Below are positions 14,531 through 27,600 of a stretch of 64,000 bases of DNA, in pieces; position 1 is the first letter of the stretch; each line of letters opens with the position of its first letter. Under the pieces are notes generated by a model that was not told where the DNA came from, ran no database searches, and worked only from the letters and a program-made list of their open reading frames with translations. A program made the translations under genes and the position numbers. This DNA is from the human T2T-CHM13v2.0 reference genome, Homo sapiens, in contig CP086569.2 of the NCBI GenBank assembly GCA_009914755.4, forward strand, positions 2,880,001 through 2,944,000, written 5' to 3'.

Positions 14531-15766
14531 AATCAACGTGTCTCATGTCGGTGATTTTCAGCCAACCTTAAGAGGGCAAAGAGGAATTGTCCCCTTGGCT
14601 ACCCTACAATATCTATTACCTGTATCTTTCTTAAAATTGTACGTTAGCCATTTTTACTAGTTTTGAAAATGTTTTTTAAAAGAGAAAATAGTGTTTTGCA
14701 AAAGTTAGCAGACAATTTTATTGAAGTCCCTAATGCCTAATTTTTTAAGTGATTATTTGCATAACATATATTTTATCAAATGTGTTGCATTATGTTAATG
14801 GCATTTTGATTGTTAGTATTAATTTATGTGATAAATATTTCCTACATTAAAAAATTTAATACCAATAAATAAATAGCCTTCTTTCATTCAGAGCACATAT
14901 GGCTCTTTCAATGGGGCAAAGAGGTATCCAACTGCTACTGACTTTAAGCAGATCAAAAATTCTTTTCAGGTTGAGCAGGACACAAATTAGTCACAATCAA
15001 TCACATTATCTGTTCTCTTACACCTTCCAATTCCACTCTGAATAGTATCCACAGGAAAGAATTAGTAGGAAATTAAATTATAATCATGTATTCTGGAGAA
15101 TGTATAGAAAGTATTAAAGGACTGTGTAGAAGAAATTTGAATAGAACATAAAGGCATTAGATTCGTGTGAAAAGAACACAGCAGCATATGTGCCTTGTGA
15201 TATAATGTCAGACAAATTTCTTTCATATAATTAGCGAACCCTGGTGTTGCAGAACTTTGCTTCTTAGTTCAGCTAAAACCAAGTTCTTGTGACACGACCA
15301 GGAAGTTAGGCATGCAGGCACATTGAAGGGTGAGGGGAATGGAATTTATTGGGCAAAAAGGAAAAAAAAACAACAACAAAAAACACCTCTCAACAAAGCG
15401 AGAGGAGTTCCTGCTAACAGGCTGCCACCTCACAGGTTGATTTTAGGCCACACACAGTAACTGAAGAGGCCAGGCTCCTCCCCTGTGTAAACAGCACAAA
15501 CTTCCCATGGCTCCACCCTGTTCTCCCAGTGCACAGGCCGGTAGGAGATTGTCGGGAGACCCTCTCCCTTATCTGCTTTCTGCATCTATCACTGGCTTAC
15601 TATGTACATGAATATAAGACAGAAATTTTAATGTAACAACTAGGAAGCAAAAAAAAAAAAAAAAAATTACACAGTTTTACAGCCTGTTAATGAAATTCCA
15701 TTTTCATTGTTATGGGTGGTGTGCATTTTTAGAATTATAATATTTAATAGCATAGGTGTATTAGTC

Positions 15767-16100
15767 CATTTTCACGCTGATCATAAAGATATACCCAAGA
15801 CTGGGCAATTTACAAAAGAAAGAGATTTAACGCACTTACAGTTCCACTTGGCTAGGGAGGCCTCACAGTCACAACAGAAGATGAAAGACATGTCTGACAA
15901 GGAGGCAGACAAGAAAAGAGCACTTGTGCAGGGAAATCCCCGTTTTTAAAACCATCAGATCTCATGAGACTTATTCACCATCATGAGAACAGCATGGGAA
16001 AGAACCACTCCCGTGATTGAATCACATCCCACCAGGTCCATATCACAATATGTGGAAATTCAAGATAAGATTTGAATGGCGACACAGCCAAACCGTATCA
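15767..16100 (-). mobile_element. THE1/MaLR LTR (3' LTR of the element in element orientation)
   Basis: Reverse complement of MaLR LTR consensus: ...actgggcaatttacaaaagaaagagatttaa...gattcaagataagatttgaatggcgacacagccaaaccgtatca. Confidence 0.85.
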
Positions 16101-17657
16101 TTCCACCCCAGCCTCTCCCAAATCTCATGTCCTCACATTTCAAAACCAATCATGCCTTCCCAACAGTCCCCCAAGTCTTAACTCATTTTAGCATTAACTC
16201 AAAAGTCCAACATCTCATCTGAGACAAAGCAAGTCCTTTCTGCCCATGAGCCTGTAAAATCAAAAGCAAATTAGTTACTTCCTAGATACAATGTGGGTAT
16301 AGGGATTGGGTAAATACAGCCATTCCAAATGGCAGAAATTGGCCAAAACAAAGGGGCTACAGACCCCATGCAAGTCGGAAATCCAGCAGGGCAGTCAAAC
16401 CTTAAAGCTCCAAAATGATCTCCTTTGACTCCATGTCTCACATCCAGGTCACGCTGATGCAAGTGGTGGGTTCCTGAGGTCTTGGGTAGCTCCACCCCTG
16501 TGGCTTTGTAGGGTACAGCCTCCTTTCTGGCTGCTTTCACAGGTTGGCATTGAGTGTCTGTGGCTTTTACAGGCGCACGGTGCAAACTGTCAGTGGATCT
16601 ATCCTTCTGGATTTTGGAGGACGGTGGCCCTCTTCTCACAGCTCCAGTAGGTGGTGTCTCAGTAGAAACTCTATGTGGGGGCTCAGACCCCACATTTTCT
16701 TTCCTCACTGCCCCAGCAGAGGTTCTCTATGAGAGTCCTGCCCCTGCAGAAAACTTCTGCCTGGGCATCCAGGCGTTTCCATTCATCTTCTGAAATCTAG
16801 GCAGAGGTTCCCAAACCTCAATTCTTGACTTCTGTGCATTTGCACACTCAACACCATGTGGAAGCTGCCAAGGCTTTGGAATTGCGTCCTCTGAAGCCAC
16901 GGCCTGAGCTATATGTTGGCCCCTTTCAGCCACAGCTGGAGTGGCTGGGATGCAGGGCACTAAGTCCCTAGGCTGCACACAGCACAGGGACCCTTTGCTC
17001 AGCTCGCAAAACTGCTTTTTCCTCCTAGACCTCTAGGCTTGTTATGGGAGGGGCTGCCATGAAGACCTCTGACATGCCCTGGAGACATTTTCCCAGTTGT
17101 CTTGGGGAATAACATTAGGCTCCTTGTTACTGATGCAAAGTTCTGCGGCCGGCTTGGATTTCTCCTCAGAAAATGGGATTTTATTTTCTATCGCATTGTC
17201 AGGCTGCAAATTTTCTGAACTTTTATGCTCTGCTTCCTTTTTAAAACTGAATGATTTTAACAGCGCCCAAGTCACCTCTTAAAGGCTTTGCTGCTTAGAA
17301 ATTTCTTCCGCCAGATACCCTAAATAATCTCTCTCAGAGTCTATGTTCCACAAATCTCCAGGGCAGTGGCAAAACTCTTGCTAAACCATAACAAGAGTCG
17401 CCTTTGCTCCAGTTCCCAAAAAATTTCGCATATCCCTCTGAGACCACCTCAGACTGGATTTCATTGTCCATATTTTCAGGATTTTGGTCAAAGCTATTCA
17501 ACAAGTCTCTAGGGAGTTCCAAACTTTCCCACAATTTCCTGTCTTCTTCTGAGCCCTCCAAACTGTTCCAACCTCTGCCTGTTACCCAGTTCCAAAGTCG
17601 TTTCCACCTTTCCCAGTATCTTTTCAGCAGCACTCCACTCTACTGGTAACAATTTAC

Positions 17658-18039
17658 TGTATTATTCCATTTTCGCACTGCCAATAAAGACATATCACAC
17701 TGCTGATAAAGACATACCTGAGACTGGGCAATTTACAGAAAAAAAAAAGAGAGAGAGAGAGAGATTTAATGGACTTACAGTTCCACGTGGCTTGGGAGGC
17801 CTCATGATCATGACAGAAGGTAAAAGGCACATCTCACATCGTGGCAGACAAGAGAATAGAGTCTGTGCAGGGAAACTCCCCTTTTTAAAATCATCAGGTC
17901 TTGTGAAACTTATTCACCATCAAGAGAACAGCATGGGAAAGACCCACCCTTATGATTCAATCACCTCCCACTGGGTCCCTCCCACAACACATGGGAATTC
18001 AAGATGAGATTTGGTTGGGGACACAGCCAAACCTTATCA
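17658..18039 (-). mobile_element. THE1/MaLR LTR (5' LTR of the element), contains (AG)n and a short internal duplication
   Basis: tgtattattccattttcgcactgccaataaagacatatcacactgctgataaagacatacctgagactgggcaatttacag...(ag)n 17738-17762...gggaattcaagatgagatttggttggggacacagccaaaccttatca. Confidence 0.85.
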
Positions 18040-18242
18040 ATAGAAAAGTTTAAATTTTTCTCCTGAAGGTTCAATTATTTGAGTCTGTAAAACCAACTAA
18101 TAGACAATATTGGGATGCAGAAAATGAATACAAAAAATATGGTGCTTGGGCATGCTTTGTGCTTTTGAAAATGAAAAGACCTCAGAAATAAGCCTCAGAA
18201 TCAAGGTCCTTCTAACCTTGTTGCATTCCTCCCACTCCTCAA

Positions 18243-18394
18243 GAAGCATTTTCTTTTTCTGAGACAGGGTCTCACTTTGTCACCCAGGCTGCCCTGCAGT
18301 AGCACTATCATAGCTCACTATTGTCTCAACTTCCCAGGCTCAAGCCATCCTCTCACCTCAGCCTCCTGAGTAGCTGAGACCACAGCTGCGTGCC
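18243..18394 (-). mobile_element. Alu fragment (about half an Alu), abutting the next LTR
   Basis: gagacagggtctcactttgtcacccaggctg...ctcaagccatcctctcacctcagcctcctgagtagctgagaccacagctgcgtgcc. Confidence 0.8.
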
Positions 18395-18747
18395 TGTATT
18401 AGTCCGTTTTCACACTGCTGATAAAGACGCACCTGAGACTGGGCAATTTACAAAAGAAAGAAGTTTAATGGACTTACAGTTCTACATGGCTGGGGAAGCC
18501 TCACAATCATGATGGAAGGCAAGAAAGAGCAAGTCATATCTTACATGGATGGCAGCAAGCAAAGAGACAGCTTTTGCCGAGAAACTCCCCCTTATACAAC
18601 TATCAGATCTCATGAGATTTATTGGCTATCACAAGAACAGCAGGAGAAAGACCTGCCTCCATGATTTAATTATCTCCCTCCAGGTCCCTCCCACAACACG
18701 TGGGAATTCAAGATGAGATTTTGGTGGGGACACAGCCATATCATATC
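18395..18747 (-). mobile_element. THE1/MST-type MaLR solo LTR
   Basis: tgtattagtccgttttcacactgctgataaagacgcacctgagactgggcaatttacaaaag...gggaattcaagatgagattttggtggggacacagccatatcatatca. Confidence 0.85.
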
Positions 18748-19454
18748 AATGTCACTGTCAACGAAAAGAGCCGAACTCTGTAAAATATTTGAAGAGATTT
18801 ATTCAGAGCCAAATATGAGTGACCATGGCTGGTGACACAGCCCTCAGGAGGTCCTGAGAACATGTGCCCAAGGGGGTTGGGATGTAGCTTGGTTTTATAC
18901 CTTATAGGGAGGAATGAGACATCAATCAAATACATTTAATAAATACATTGGTTTGGTTCAGAAAGGTGGTACAACTCAAAGTGGGGGCTTCCAGGCTGTA
19001 GGTAAATTTAAATACTTTCTGGTTGACAATTGGTTGAGTTGGTCTAGAGACCTGGGATTGACAGAAAGGAAATGTTAAGGTTAAGATAAAAGACTGTGGA
19101 GACCAAGGTTATTTTGAAGCCTTATAGTGGCTGCCCTTAGAGACAATAGATGACTAATGTTTTCTATTCGGATCTTTAAAAGGTGCTAGATTTTTAGTCA
19201 ATCTGTTTAGGATTGGGAGGGTCTGGAAGAAAAAGATTGGCTATGTTAATAGAGATTCTTTACAGATGTAAATTTTCTTCCACAAAGGACAGCTTTGCAG
19301 GGCCATTTCAAGATATGGCAAAGAAACATGTTTTCACATAAAATATTTTGATTTACTTCCATGTCTCATAATATTGTGCCAGAGTCAGGTTGGAAAGTAA
19401 GTCATGATATATAGGACTAAATAAAACCCATCTGATGAAAATTTATGGTTTGTA

Positions 19455-19575
19455 GGGCATGATTTCCCATGTTCTCCAGGCTAGTCTCAAACTCATGGCC
19501 TCAAGCAATCCTCCTGCCTTGAACTCCCAAACTACTGATATTACAAGCATAAGCCACGATGCTCAGTGCAGAGCA
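19455..19575 (-). mobile_element. Alu fragment (~120 bp)
   Basis: ttctccaggctagtctcaaactcatggcctcaagcaatcctcctgccttgaactcccaaactactgatattacaagcataagccacgatgctc resembles reverse complement of Alu right arm. Confidence 0.6.
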
Positions 19576-19686
19576 GGAAAGCTTCATACCAACAGAAACA
19601 TAATTCCTTTCAATTTCTTCCCTGAAATGTCACCAATTTCAGAATAGAAGACTAAAGAAGGCAACCACACCAAATAGACTTTTTTT

Positions 19687-19960
19687 GCAAGATAATGCCT
19701 GACTCTTGAACTGATTTAAATTCCAAAGAGAATCACTTATGAGTTAATTTCTGTCTCCCTGGTCCATTCATTCTCTCTAATAATCACTTACTGCTGCCCA
19801 AAAGAATTTTCTACATTCCTTATCACCTCCCTCCCCTATGAAAAAGAGTACACTTCTATATCCCATTGAGGGTTTGGGGTAATCATTTTTCCCCCAACCC
19901 CTGCCCCTCATGCATGTTAATAAAATTTGTATGCCTTTTATCCCATTAATGAAACTGCCT
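19687..19960 (+). repeat. Unclassified interspersed repeat B, copy 2
   Basis: caagataatgcctgactcttgaactgatttaaattccaaagagaatcacttatgagttaatttctgtctccc...aataaaatttgtatgccttttatcccattaatg parallels 14230-14530. Confidence 0.5.
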
Positions 19961-20477
19961 TTGTAAAATTATGGCAATAAGAGAAATCTGACATCATTGA
20001 CTTCATCTCACTCATAATTTTGAAGCTCTCCTCAGTAATTCATGGGCATAGGCCAAGCAAACTTTGGGAGAGATTTAGTTTGTAGTTTAATCTTAAAGCA
20101 AGGGTGATAATAGCTCTTCCCCAAACTAAATCAGCCTTGTAAAACTAATGAAAGTCCCTGCAAGTAAGATTATGAGAGGGACTTGAATTCTGCTAAGATG
20201 TAGGCATAGTTTCTATAATCCCTTACTGCTCAGGACTCAGGTAGCTGGAGATGACAAGATTCATGACTTCCACAGTTGCTCTTATAGATAATATCACTAT
20301 TGTGGAAGCTAAGATTCATCTTTTGAGATTTTTTTTTGCACACTTTTGTGTTCTGGCAACCAAGTTAATCCATCTGGACTTCTGATTCATGACTCAACCA
20401 GTCCTGTGGCCCCCCACTGAGAGGTGGACTCAACGCATGAGGACCATTTTTCACACTCCTATTATGGCAACTTCAAC

Positions 20478-21460
20478 TGTTAGCGGTGGCAAATATCCAG
20501 GTTGCCAGTGCTGAATCTGTATGGGTCTGCAGCAACTTCAATTCTTGCCTCTTCAGAAGAAAGAATTCTACTGAGGTGCATAAGGCAGAAAAAGAGACTG
20601 GGGCAAGTTTCAGAGTGGGAGTGGAAGTTTATTGAAAAGCTTTAGAGCAGGAAAGAAAGGAAAATACACTTGGAAGGGATCCAAGTGGGCATCTTGGAAA
20701 TCAAGCACCTTGTTTAACCTTGAACCTCAGATTTTATATGCCGGTCTACTTCTAGCATCTTGCATCCTTTTCCTTTCAGTCTTCCCTAAAGGTGAGTCAC
20801 CCGCATGCATGGTGCCCTCCTTGCACTCGGGAGGTGAACACGCACAGTGTGTTTAAGTAGTCGTAAGCATGCTCACCTGAGGCTTTCTTCCTTTTCTGGT
20901 GAAATGCCCTGGGAAGGTCATACTTTACCATTTTATCTCTTAATGTACATGCTCAAGCCAACTCACCCCATTCCTGAGTTGTTATTGGAAGCTGTCAATT
21001 ACCAATTTCAAGTGTTTTTATCTATTGAGAAATTGCCTCTTTCTGGCATTGGCTGTGATGAATTATTATTTTAGAAAGCCCAACCATCTGGAAACTGCCT
21101 CTCTCTGGTATGAGCTGCAATCAATTCTCATTCTAGAGAGGCAGTGTGATAACTGCTAGGCCATCACCTGATGTTTGCCTGACATTCCCAGTGGGTGGAG
21201 GGTGAGCCCTCTCATGCCCCTCTGATGCCTGCCTAGCTATATACTGAAACACAACCAATCAGTAACTGCCATTACCTAGTCTTCTCCCTGCATACCAAAT
21301 TTTCTTGAAAGACCATAACTCTAAGCCTTCAAGGAGACTGATTTGGGTAAAAAGCATGTCTCCTATGTGGCCAGTTTCCTGTAAAATAAATCCTTTCCTT
21401 ACTGCAATGCTGTGATCTCAGTGTTTGTGCAGCAGGCAGGAAAAGGCCATCAAATGATTA
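20478..21460 (+). repeat. Unclassified ~1-kb interspersed repeat A (LTR-like), copy 2
   Basis: See 12722-13880; ends ...cctgtaaaataaatcctttccttactgcaatgctgtgatctcagtg (AATAAA-containing, LTR R/U5-like). Confidence 0.55.
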
Positions 21461-21901
21461 CATTGATATGCTTCTTTTTAATTTGATTTTTATAGAATCT
21501 TCAGAGCACAAAGGAAAAGTTTTCCCTTGTCCCCTACAGAAATTAGCAGAAAAAAAGACATACAAATGTATTGGCATGAATATGTGAGCATGAGAGTCAT
21601 ACAAATAAAAATCCTGAAAGAAAAGGAAGATGACTGATGCTTAAATATTCACTTCATTGAAGAGAGGGGAGATGGAGGCTTGTAGGAGTAAATGATATTC
21701 AGAGGAAATTAATGAACCTAAAGAACAGCAGCCCAGAAACAGGTTTCTCTGAGCTCTGAAGAATGTCACATTATGGGTTATAGAAAAATGAAGGAAGGAA
21801 TTTATGTCAAGCAAAGGTAATCTTGTTATGCAGATAAAAATATTCCAGGTAATCTCTGAGCTGCCTTTAGAAAAAGTAGATGATAGTTTGTGGTTGGTTA
21901 A

Positions 21902-22229
<328 letters not shown>

Positions 22230-22629
22230 TGAAAGTCTGTTTATTTTACCAATGCAGTTTTTTTCTTTTTTTTTTCTTTTTTCTTTTTTACAAATGCACA
22301 TCTCTTCTGCAAAAGGCAGCTTTGCCAAGGTATTCCTGTGTGCAGGTTCTCTGAATAGCTTTCTGGAAATATCTCAAAAAAGTAGACTTTGGGGTAAAAT
22401 ATTTTTGGTTTCCCATAATGGCGTGTTATCCTTTGTATTCTGCCTAACTACATTTCTCCTTTCTCTGATAACCTATCTCTTGTTAATGGAAATAATACCG
22501 ATGACGATCCTTCAGAAACATAAAATCTGAGGCTACAAATCTTTGGCAAAGGAGAAAGTGATAGTTATGACTCTTACATGAGGTTATGTTAATAAAATTC
22601 TAGTTGCTAATAATCAGAAATAAGACAAA

Positions 22630-22760
22630 AAGTCTGTCTTCTCTGTCTCTATCTCTTTCTCTCTCTATATATATTTATGTATATATGTATGTATATATGG
22701 GTATGTGTATATCTATATATGTGTGTATATATGTGTGTGTGCATACGCATCCACCACACA
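22630..22760. repeat. Compound (TC)n/(TA)n/(TG)n microsatellite
   Basis: tctgtctctatctctttctctctctatatatatttatgtatatatgtatgtatatatgggtatgtgtatatctatatatgtgtgtatatatgtgtgtgtgcatac. Confidence 0.8.
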
Positions 22761-25700
22761 GACCCCCCAGAATAGCAATAGCAATAGAATTTCAGGGTGT
22801 TAGATGGACTACATTGTGAGACCAAAGCAAATATTTGATGGTTACTATGCCAATTATGAAGGAGATAAAGCGGACAAGAGAGAATGAGAGAGAGAAAATA
22901 ATTTCAATTTAAAGGCAGTGGAAAAATGGCCCCAAAATCTTTCATATATTATTAATATCATCAGTTTATATTGTGTATGACAGAATAATTTTTCCTTCTT
23001 ATTTTTTAGAAAGATGTACATATTTCAGAGGTAAGATTTAGGTTTCAGGTGTTCTCCAACCTTTCTGCATATCAGCACAAACACCTAATGAATGTATTAC
23101 AAATGTTAGTTTCTTAGCTCTACTAAATCTGAATCCTTTGAAGTATCTATTTTAACAGGCTCTCTGGAGTGATGATCCTGATGTAACTGGCCCCTGGAGA
23201 GACATTTGGGATAATGTAAGTTTGGTAACTATTTCTTTTTTTTTTTAGTGGTAATGAAATGTCATTGAGATTTTCTTTTATCTTTCTTGTTATAAGATGT
23301 TAAATACACTTTGATGCCAAAAAATAACCAGAATTCTTGATATTCTGCATTCCTGATGTTTCATTTCAATTTTGACAAAAGACCATGAGATCTGCAGAGA
23401 AAAAAAGAAGAGCTATATTTTCTATAAGCAGTCTGCAGATTGGGGAGATACAACCTTCAATGCAAACTGAAAATGTGCTCTGAGGAGAGGTTGCAGAGTT
23501 AGAGCTTATAAAGGCACAAACAGTAGGGCAAGAGAAGGGAGTTAGGAGAGTGAGAAATAGAATGTTTTGACTGGATGAGCTTTAAGCCCAAACTCATCAG
23601 TCTTTCTTAATTGACTGGTTTCAGGTGATTAATTTGTTGACAGGAGATAGTCTGTTGGTGATCAGTTGGGAAATATCCAGCTGCAGTCTATCTCAAGATT
23701 GACAACAAGAATTAGTTTGGCTTCATTGTGAAAAGGTAGGTTCATTGACACTTTTACATCTTTCAGAGAACACAGAGTGGGTGACCATTCCCTCACCCAG
23801 CCATGGCCACCTAATTCTGTTTAACTTGGAGCACCTCGGTGAGGCATGGGGAGTCCATATTATCTGTCAACTGGGCGCATAGTTCAACGTTGAACAAAAG
23901 TGACAGAGCTTGGGTTTATAAGTATTTTGTTTACATGTAACATGATGAGACAGGCACTAGGTATATTGTTTTTTAATCTCAAAATTCAAGCTGAAAGATT
24001 AAACTTGATTATTGTTGATTTATGGAAGTTTGGGGTCATCTTAAGTTCTAAAAATTTTTGTTTTAGAAAATTTAACTTATATTTTAATAAATTAGTATAA
24101 AATTTTGCATCTAGTTTGTTCAGGTGATTTCTAACATTTTAGTAAAAAATGTATTAATCATTAATGTATTAATGATCTTTTAAGAGTCTTTGGATCAAGA
24201 ACATTGTTAATTAGTGAATTGCTTTCAATTATGCGAAAATGAGCAGAAATAAAATGGATTATATACAGACTATGTTGCAAGTTAATATCTGGAAGCCTGA
24301 TTTTATACCTATCTAATCTATGCAAACAATTTTCATCAAACTGCCAGTTTCTCATCTTTGAAAGAAAAATTTGAAGCTTATTTTTCATTTCTGGCTAGTT
24401 CATGTTGTCCATTAACTCTTCCCTCCCAGAAATTTCTTTCAAATAAGAAGAGTTTAACTGATTATTAGAAAATTTCAGTATAGAAACAGATAAAATAGTA
24501 TTGATTAATCAGAAGCAATCCAAATAGTTTAATGTCTGGTTACTTCAATTTTTTTTGTTTATTCATTTTAGATTTTTATTTCCTAGTGCCACAGTTATTT
24601 AAAAGTGGATTAAGATTCAACTAAAAAGTAGAGCTATATAATCTGTATAATAGCAGATGTAATTGACACAAATCCAGAGAATTTACCTTAAAGAATAAAC
24701 AAATTTAACATGCTATAAAAATAATGTGTCATAAATTAAGTGAACAAAATGTCAAGAAAAGTTTAAGTTTTTAAATATATCTAAGTAATTATAAATGCAT
24801 TTCTTTCTCTTTTTTTTTAGTAGCATTAGGGGAAAATTGTAAGTAACGTAATTGTAAATGAATAGCTTGAATGTAAAATACATTACTTCCCCGCCTAGAT
24901 CTTTTTTCTAATTTTGTTTTTATTGACACATTATAATGGTTTATATTTATAGAGTACGTTGTGATGTTTCCATACATATATACATTGTATAAAATCAAAT
25001 CAGAATATTTAGCATATTCATCATCTCATACAGTTACCATTTGTTTGTGGTAATAACATTCAAAATTCTATCTTGTAGGTATTTTGAACTACACCATACA
25101 GTATAGTTAACAATAGGCACCCTGCTGTGCAAATAGAGCACCAGAACTTATTTCTCCTAAGTATAACTGTAAACATTGGCCACTCTCTCCCTATTACTCT
25201 TCTACCACCCCCCTTTAAAATTTTGGCCGCATTTTCTTTTGGGCAAGCAGAAACAGCAGTTAAGAGGAGTAAGAAGTTCCAGACTAGTGGTTCTGAATTC
25301 TGCACACATATCAAAATAAGTCTGGTGAAGGGGTTAAATTTAAAAGTATTTGATTTCAGGTCCTCACACCCAGATTAATTAACACAAAATATCTGGAGGT
25401 AAAGGCTAGGTATTTTGAAAAATAATAAACCTCGGTGATTTCATTTCACAGCTAGAAATAGAACCAGTGCTTTAGACAGGTATTTTTTTTAAATTAGATA
25501 TAATAAATTATTTGTTTTAGCATAAGATTAAATTTCTATAAAAAGCATATATTCTAGTGTGAGGAATATAATTGCACACTATGTGCCATAGTAGAATATA
25601 ATTTGGCTACTTCTAGAATACATTTCAAAATACATATTTATTATATATTACAGCAGAATGTGTGAGTTTCTTTGTTTTGTGGCTATGGTCTAATGTGAAC

Positions 25701-25984
25701 TATTTTATCATGCCTTTCTAAGCATGCATTCAGAGTTTATATGTAAAATCTGAAAAAATACCCATAGTATAATTACAATTTTAAAAAGTATGTGAATTAT
25801 AACCCTATTTTTTAAATGTAAGTTATTTACAGTATTTTTACATGAATTTTATTTGTTAAAGTATTTTGATTAAAAATATAACACATTTTTATTATTTTAG
25901 AAAATAAAGGCACAAAAACCTGTAACGATTCATAAATCAAAATCTATAATTGGGGTTATATAATTTTTATTTTTATTTTATTTT

Positions 25985-27600
25985 ATTTCAACAGCTTTTG
26001 GGGTACAAGTGATTTTCTGTTACATGGATGAATTATACAGTGGTGAATTCTAAGATTTTGGTGCACCCATCACACAAGTAGTGCACATTGTATCTGATGC
26101 GTAGTGTTTTATCCCTAGTTCCCCTCCCACCCTCCCCCTTCTGAGTCTTTAAAATCTATTATATCACTCTGTACGCCTTTGCATATTGACAGCTTAGCTC
26201 CCAATTAGGAGTGAGAACATACAGCTTTTGGTTTACAGACCCTGTGTTGCTTCACCTAGAATAATGGCCTCCATTTCCATCCAAGTTGCTGCAAAAGACA
26301 TTATCCTTTTCCTTTTAATGGCTAAGTAGTAATCAATGGTGTATATATACCACATTGTCTTCATAGTTTCAAACTTCTTTTAGCATTTCTTTTGGTGTTG
26401 ATTTGGTAATAACAAATTCACTCAGCATTCATTTGTCTGAAAATTACTTTATTTCTCCTTCATTTATAAAACTTAGTTTTGTGGGATACAAAATTATTGA
26501 CTGACAGTTGTTTTGTTTAAGGAGGTTGAAGACACGTCCCCAATCTGGTTTGTAAGGTTTCTGCTGAGAAGTCTGCTGTTAGTCTGATAAGTATTCTTTT
26601 GTAGGTTATCAGAGGCTTTTGTTTTGCTGATCTTAGAAGTCTTTCTTTCATGTTTACTGTACATAGCATGACAGCTATATACCTTGGTGAAGATATTTTT
26701 GCAGTGAACTTCTCAGGAGTTCTTCGAGCTACTTGGATTTGCATATCTAGATCTCTAGCCAGGACAAGAAAGTTTTTCTCAATTATTCCCTCAAATAAGT
26801 TTTTCAGATTTATTATTTTCTCTTTTGCCTCAGGAACATTAATTGTTCTTAGATTTGGCCATTTTACATAATTCCATATTCTTGAAGACCTTGTGAATTT
26901 CTTTTGATTCTTTTTTCTTTAATTTTTGTCTGATTGGGTTGATTCAAAAGACTTGTCTTTGAGCGCTTAAATTTTTTCTTCTATTTGTCCTACTCTATTT
27001 TTAAAACTTTCTACTGCATTTTGTAATTCCCTCAGTGTGTCTTTCATTTTCAGAAGTTCTGACTGTATTTTTTAAATTATGATATCACTCTCTCTAGAAA
27101 TTTTTTCATTCATATGCCAAACTGCTTTTTAAGTATCTTTATGGTGGTTTTTACCTCTCTCTGATATCTTCTTGAGTAGCTTAATACTTGACCTTCTGAA
27201 TTCATTATGTGGTATTTCAAAGATTTCTTCTTGGTTTGAGTCCATTCCTGGAGAGCTAGTGTGATCTTTTGGGGGTGTTATAGCATCTTATTTTGTCATA
27301 TTACCAGAATTATTTTTCTGGTTCCTTCTCATTCAGGTAGACTATTTCCCTCTAGTTATTCTTGAGCTTATGTTTGATTTTACTGTGGATTTTTGTTTTG
27401 TTTTATTTTTAAATCTTTTTTTCTTCTTAATGACGATACTTTAATGCTTATGGTAAATTATAGCCTAATTCGGTTCTTGGTGCTTTCAGGGGTGAAGATT
27501 GTAAAAGTTCTTTGGTTACAGAGAGTCTTTGTATGATGGCTTTCTCATATTCTGGTTGTAGTAGCAATGTGCTTGGTATATGAGCAAGTTTACTATCTCC
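25985..27600 (-). mobile_element. LINE-1 with ORF2 deleted: 3' end (25985-26470) joined to ORF1 remnant (26480-27450)
   Basis: 25990-26400 is the reverse complement of the L1 3' terminus (ggggtacaagtg...tcccaattaggagtgagaacatacagcttttggttt...ccatccaagttgctgcaaaagacattatcc...atggtgtatatataccacattg); minus ORF 26517-26744 translates to ...MKERLLRSAKQKPLITYKRILIRLTADFSAETLQTR..., matching the L1 ORF1p C-terminal region (KEKMLRAAREKG.VTYKGKPIRLTADLSAETLQARREW). Confidence 0.8.

Larger units (their letters stand above)
15767..18039 (-). mobile_element. Full-length THE1/MaLR element (LTR-internal-LTR, 2273 bp)
   Basis: Two LTRs in reverse complement (tgtattagtccattttcac...acagccaaaccgtatca at 15767-16100 and tgtattattccattttcgcac...acagccaaaccttatca at 17658-18039) flank a ~1.55-kb internal region highly similar to 52690-54254; flanks atagg / ataga suggest a degraded 5-bp TSD. 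Confidence 0.85.

Noticed and set aside
16271-16708. 145-aa minus-strand ORF, the second-longest in the window, and its counterpart 52880-53134
   Set aside because: Both lie inside the internal regions of the two THE1/MaLR elements. MaLR internal sequence has no known coding capacity. The two ORFs are not conserved between the two copies in length or frame, and the composition is Pro/Ser/Thr-rich low complexity.
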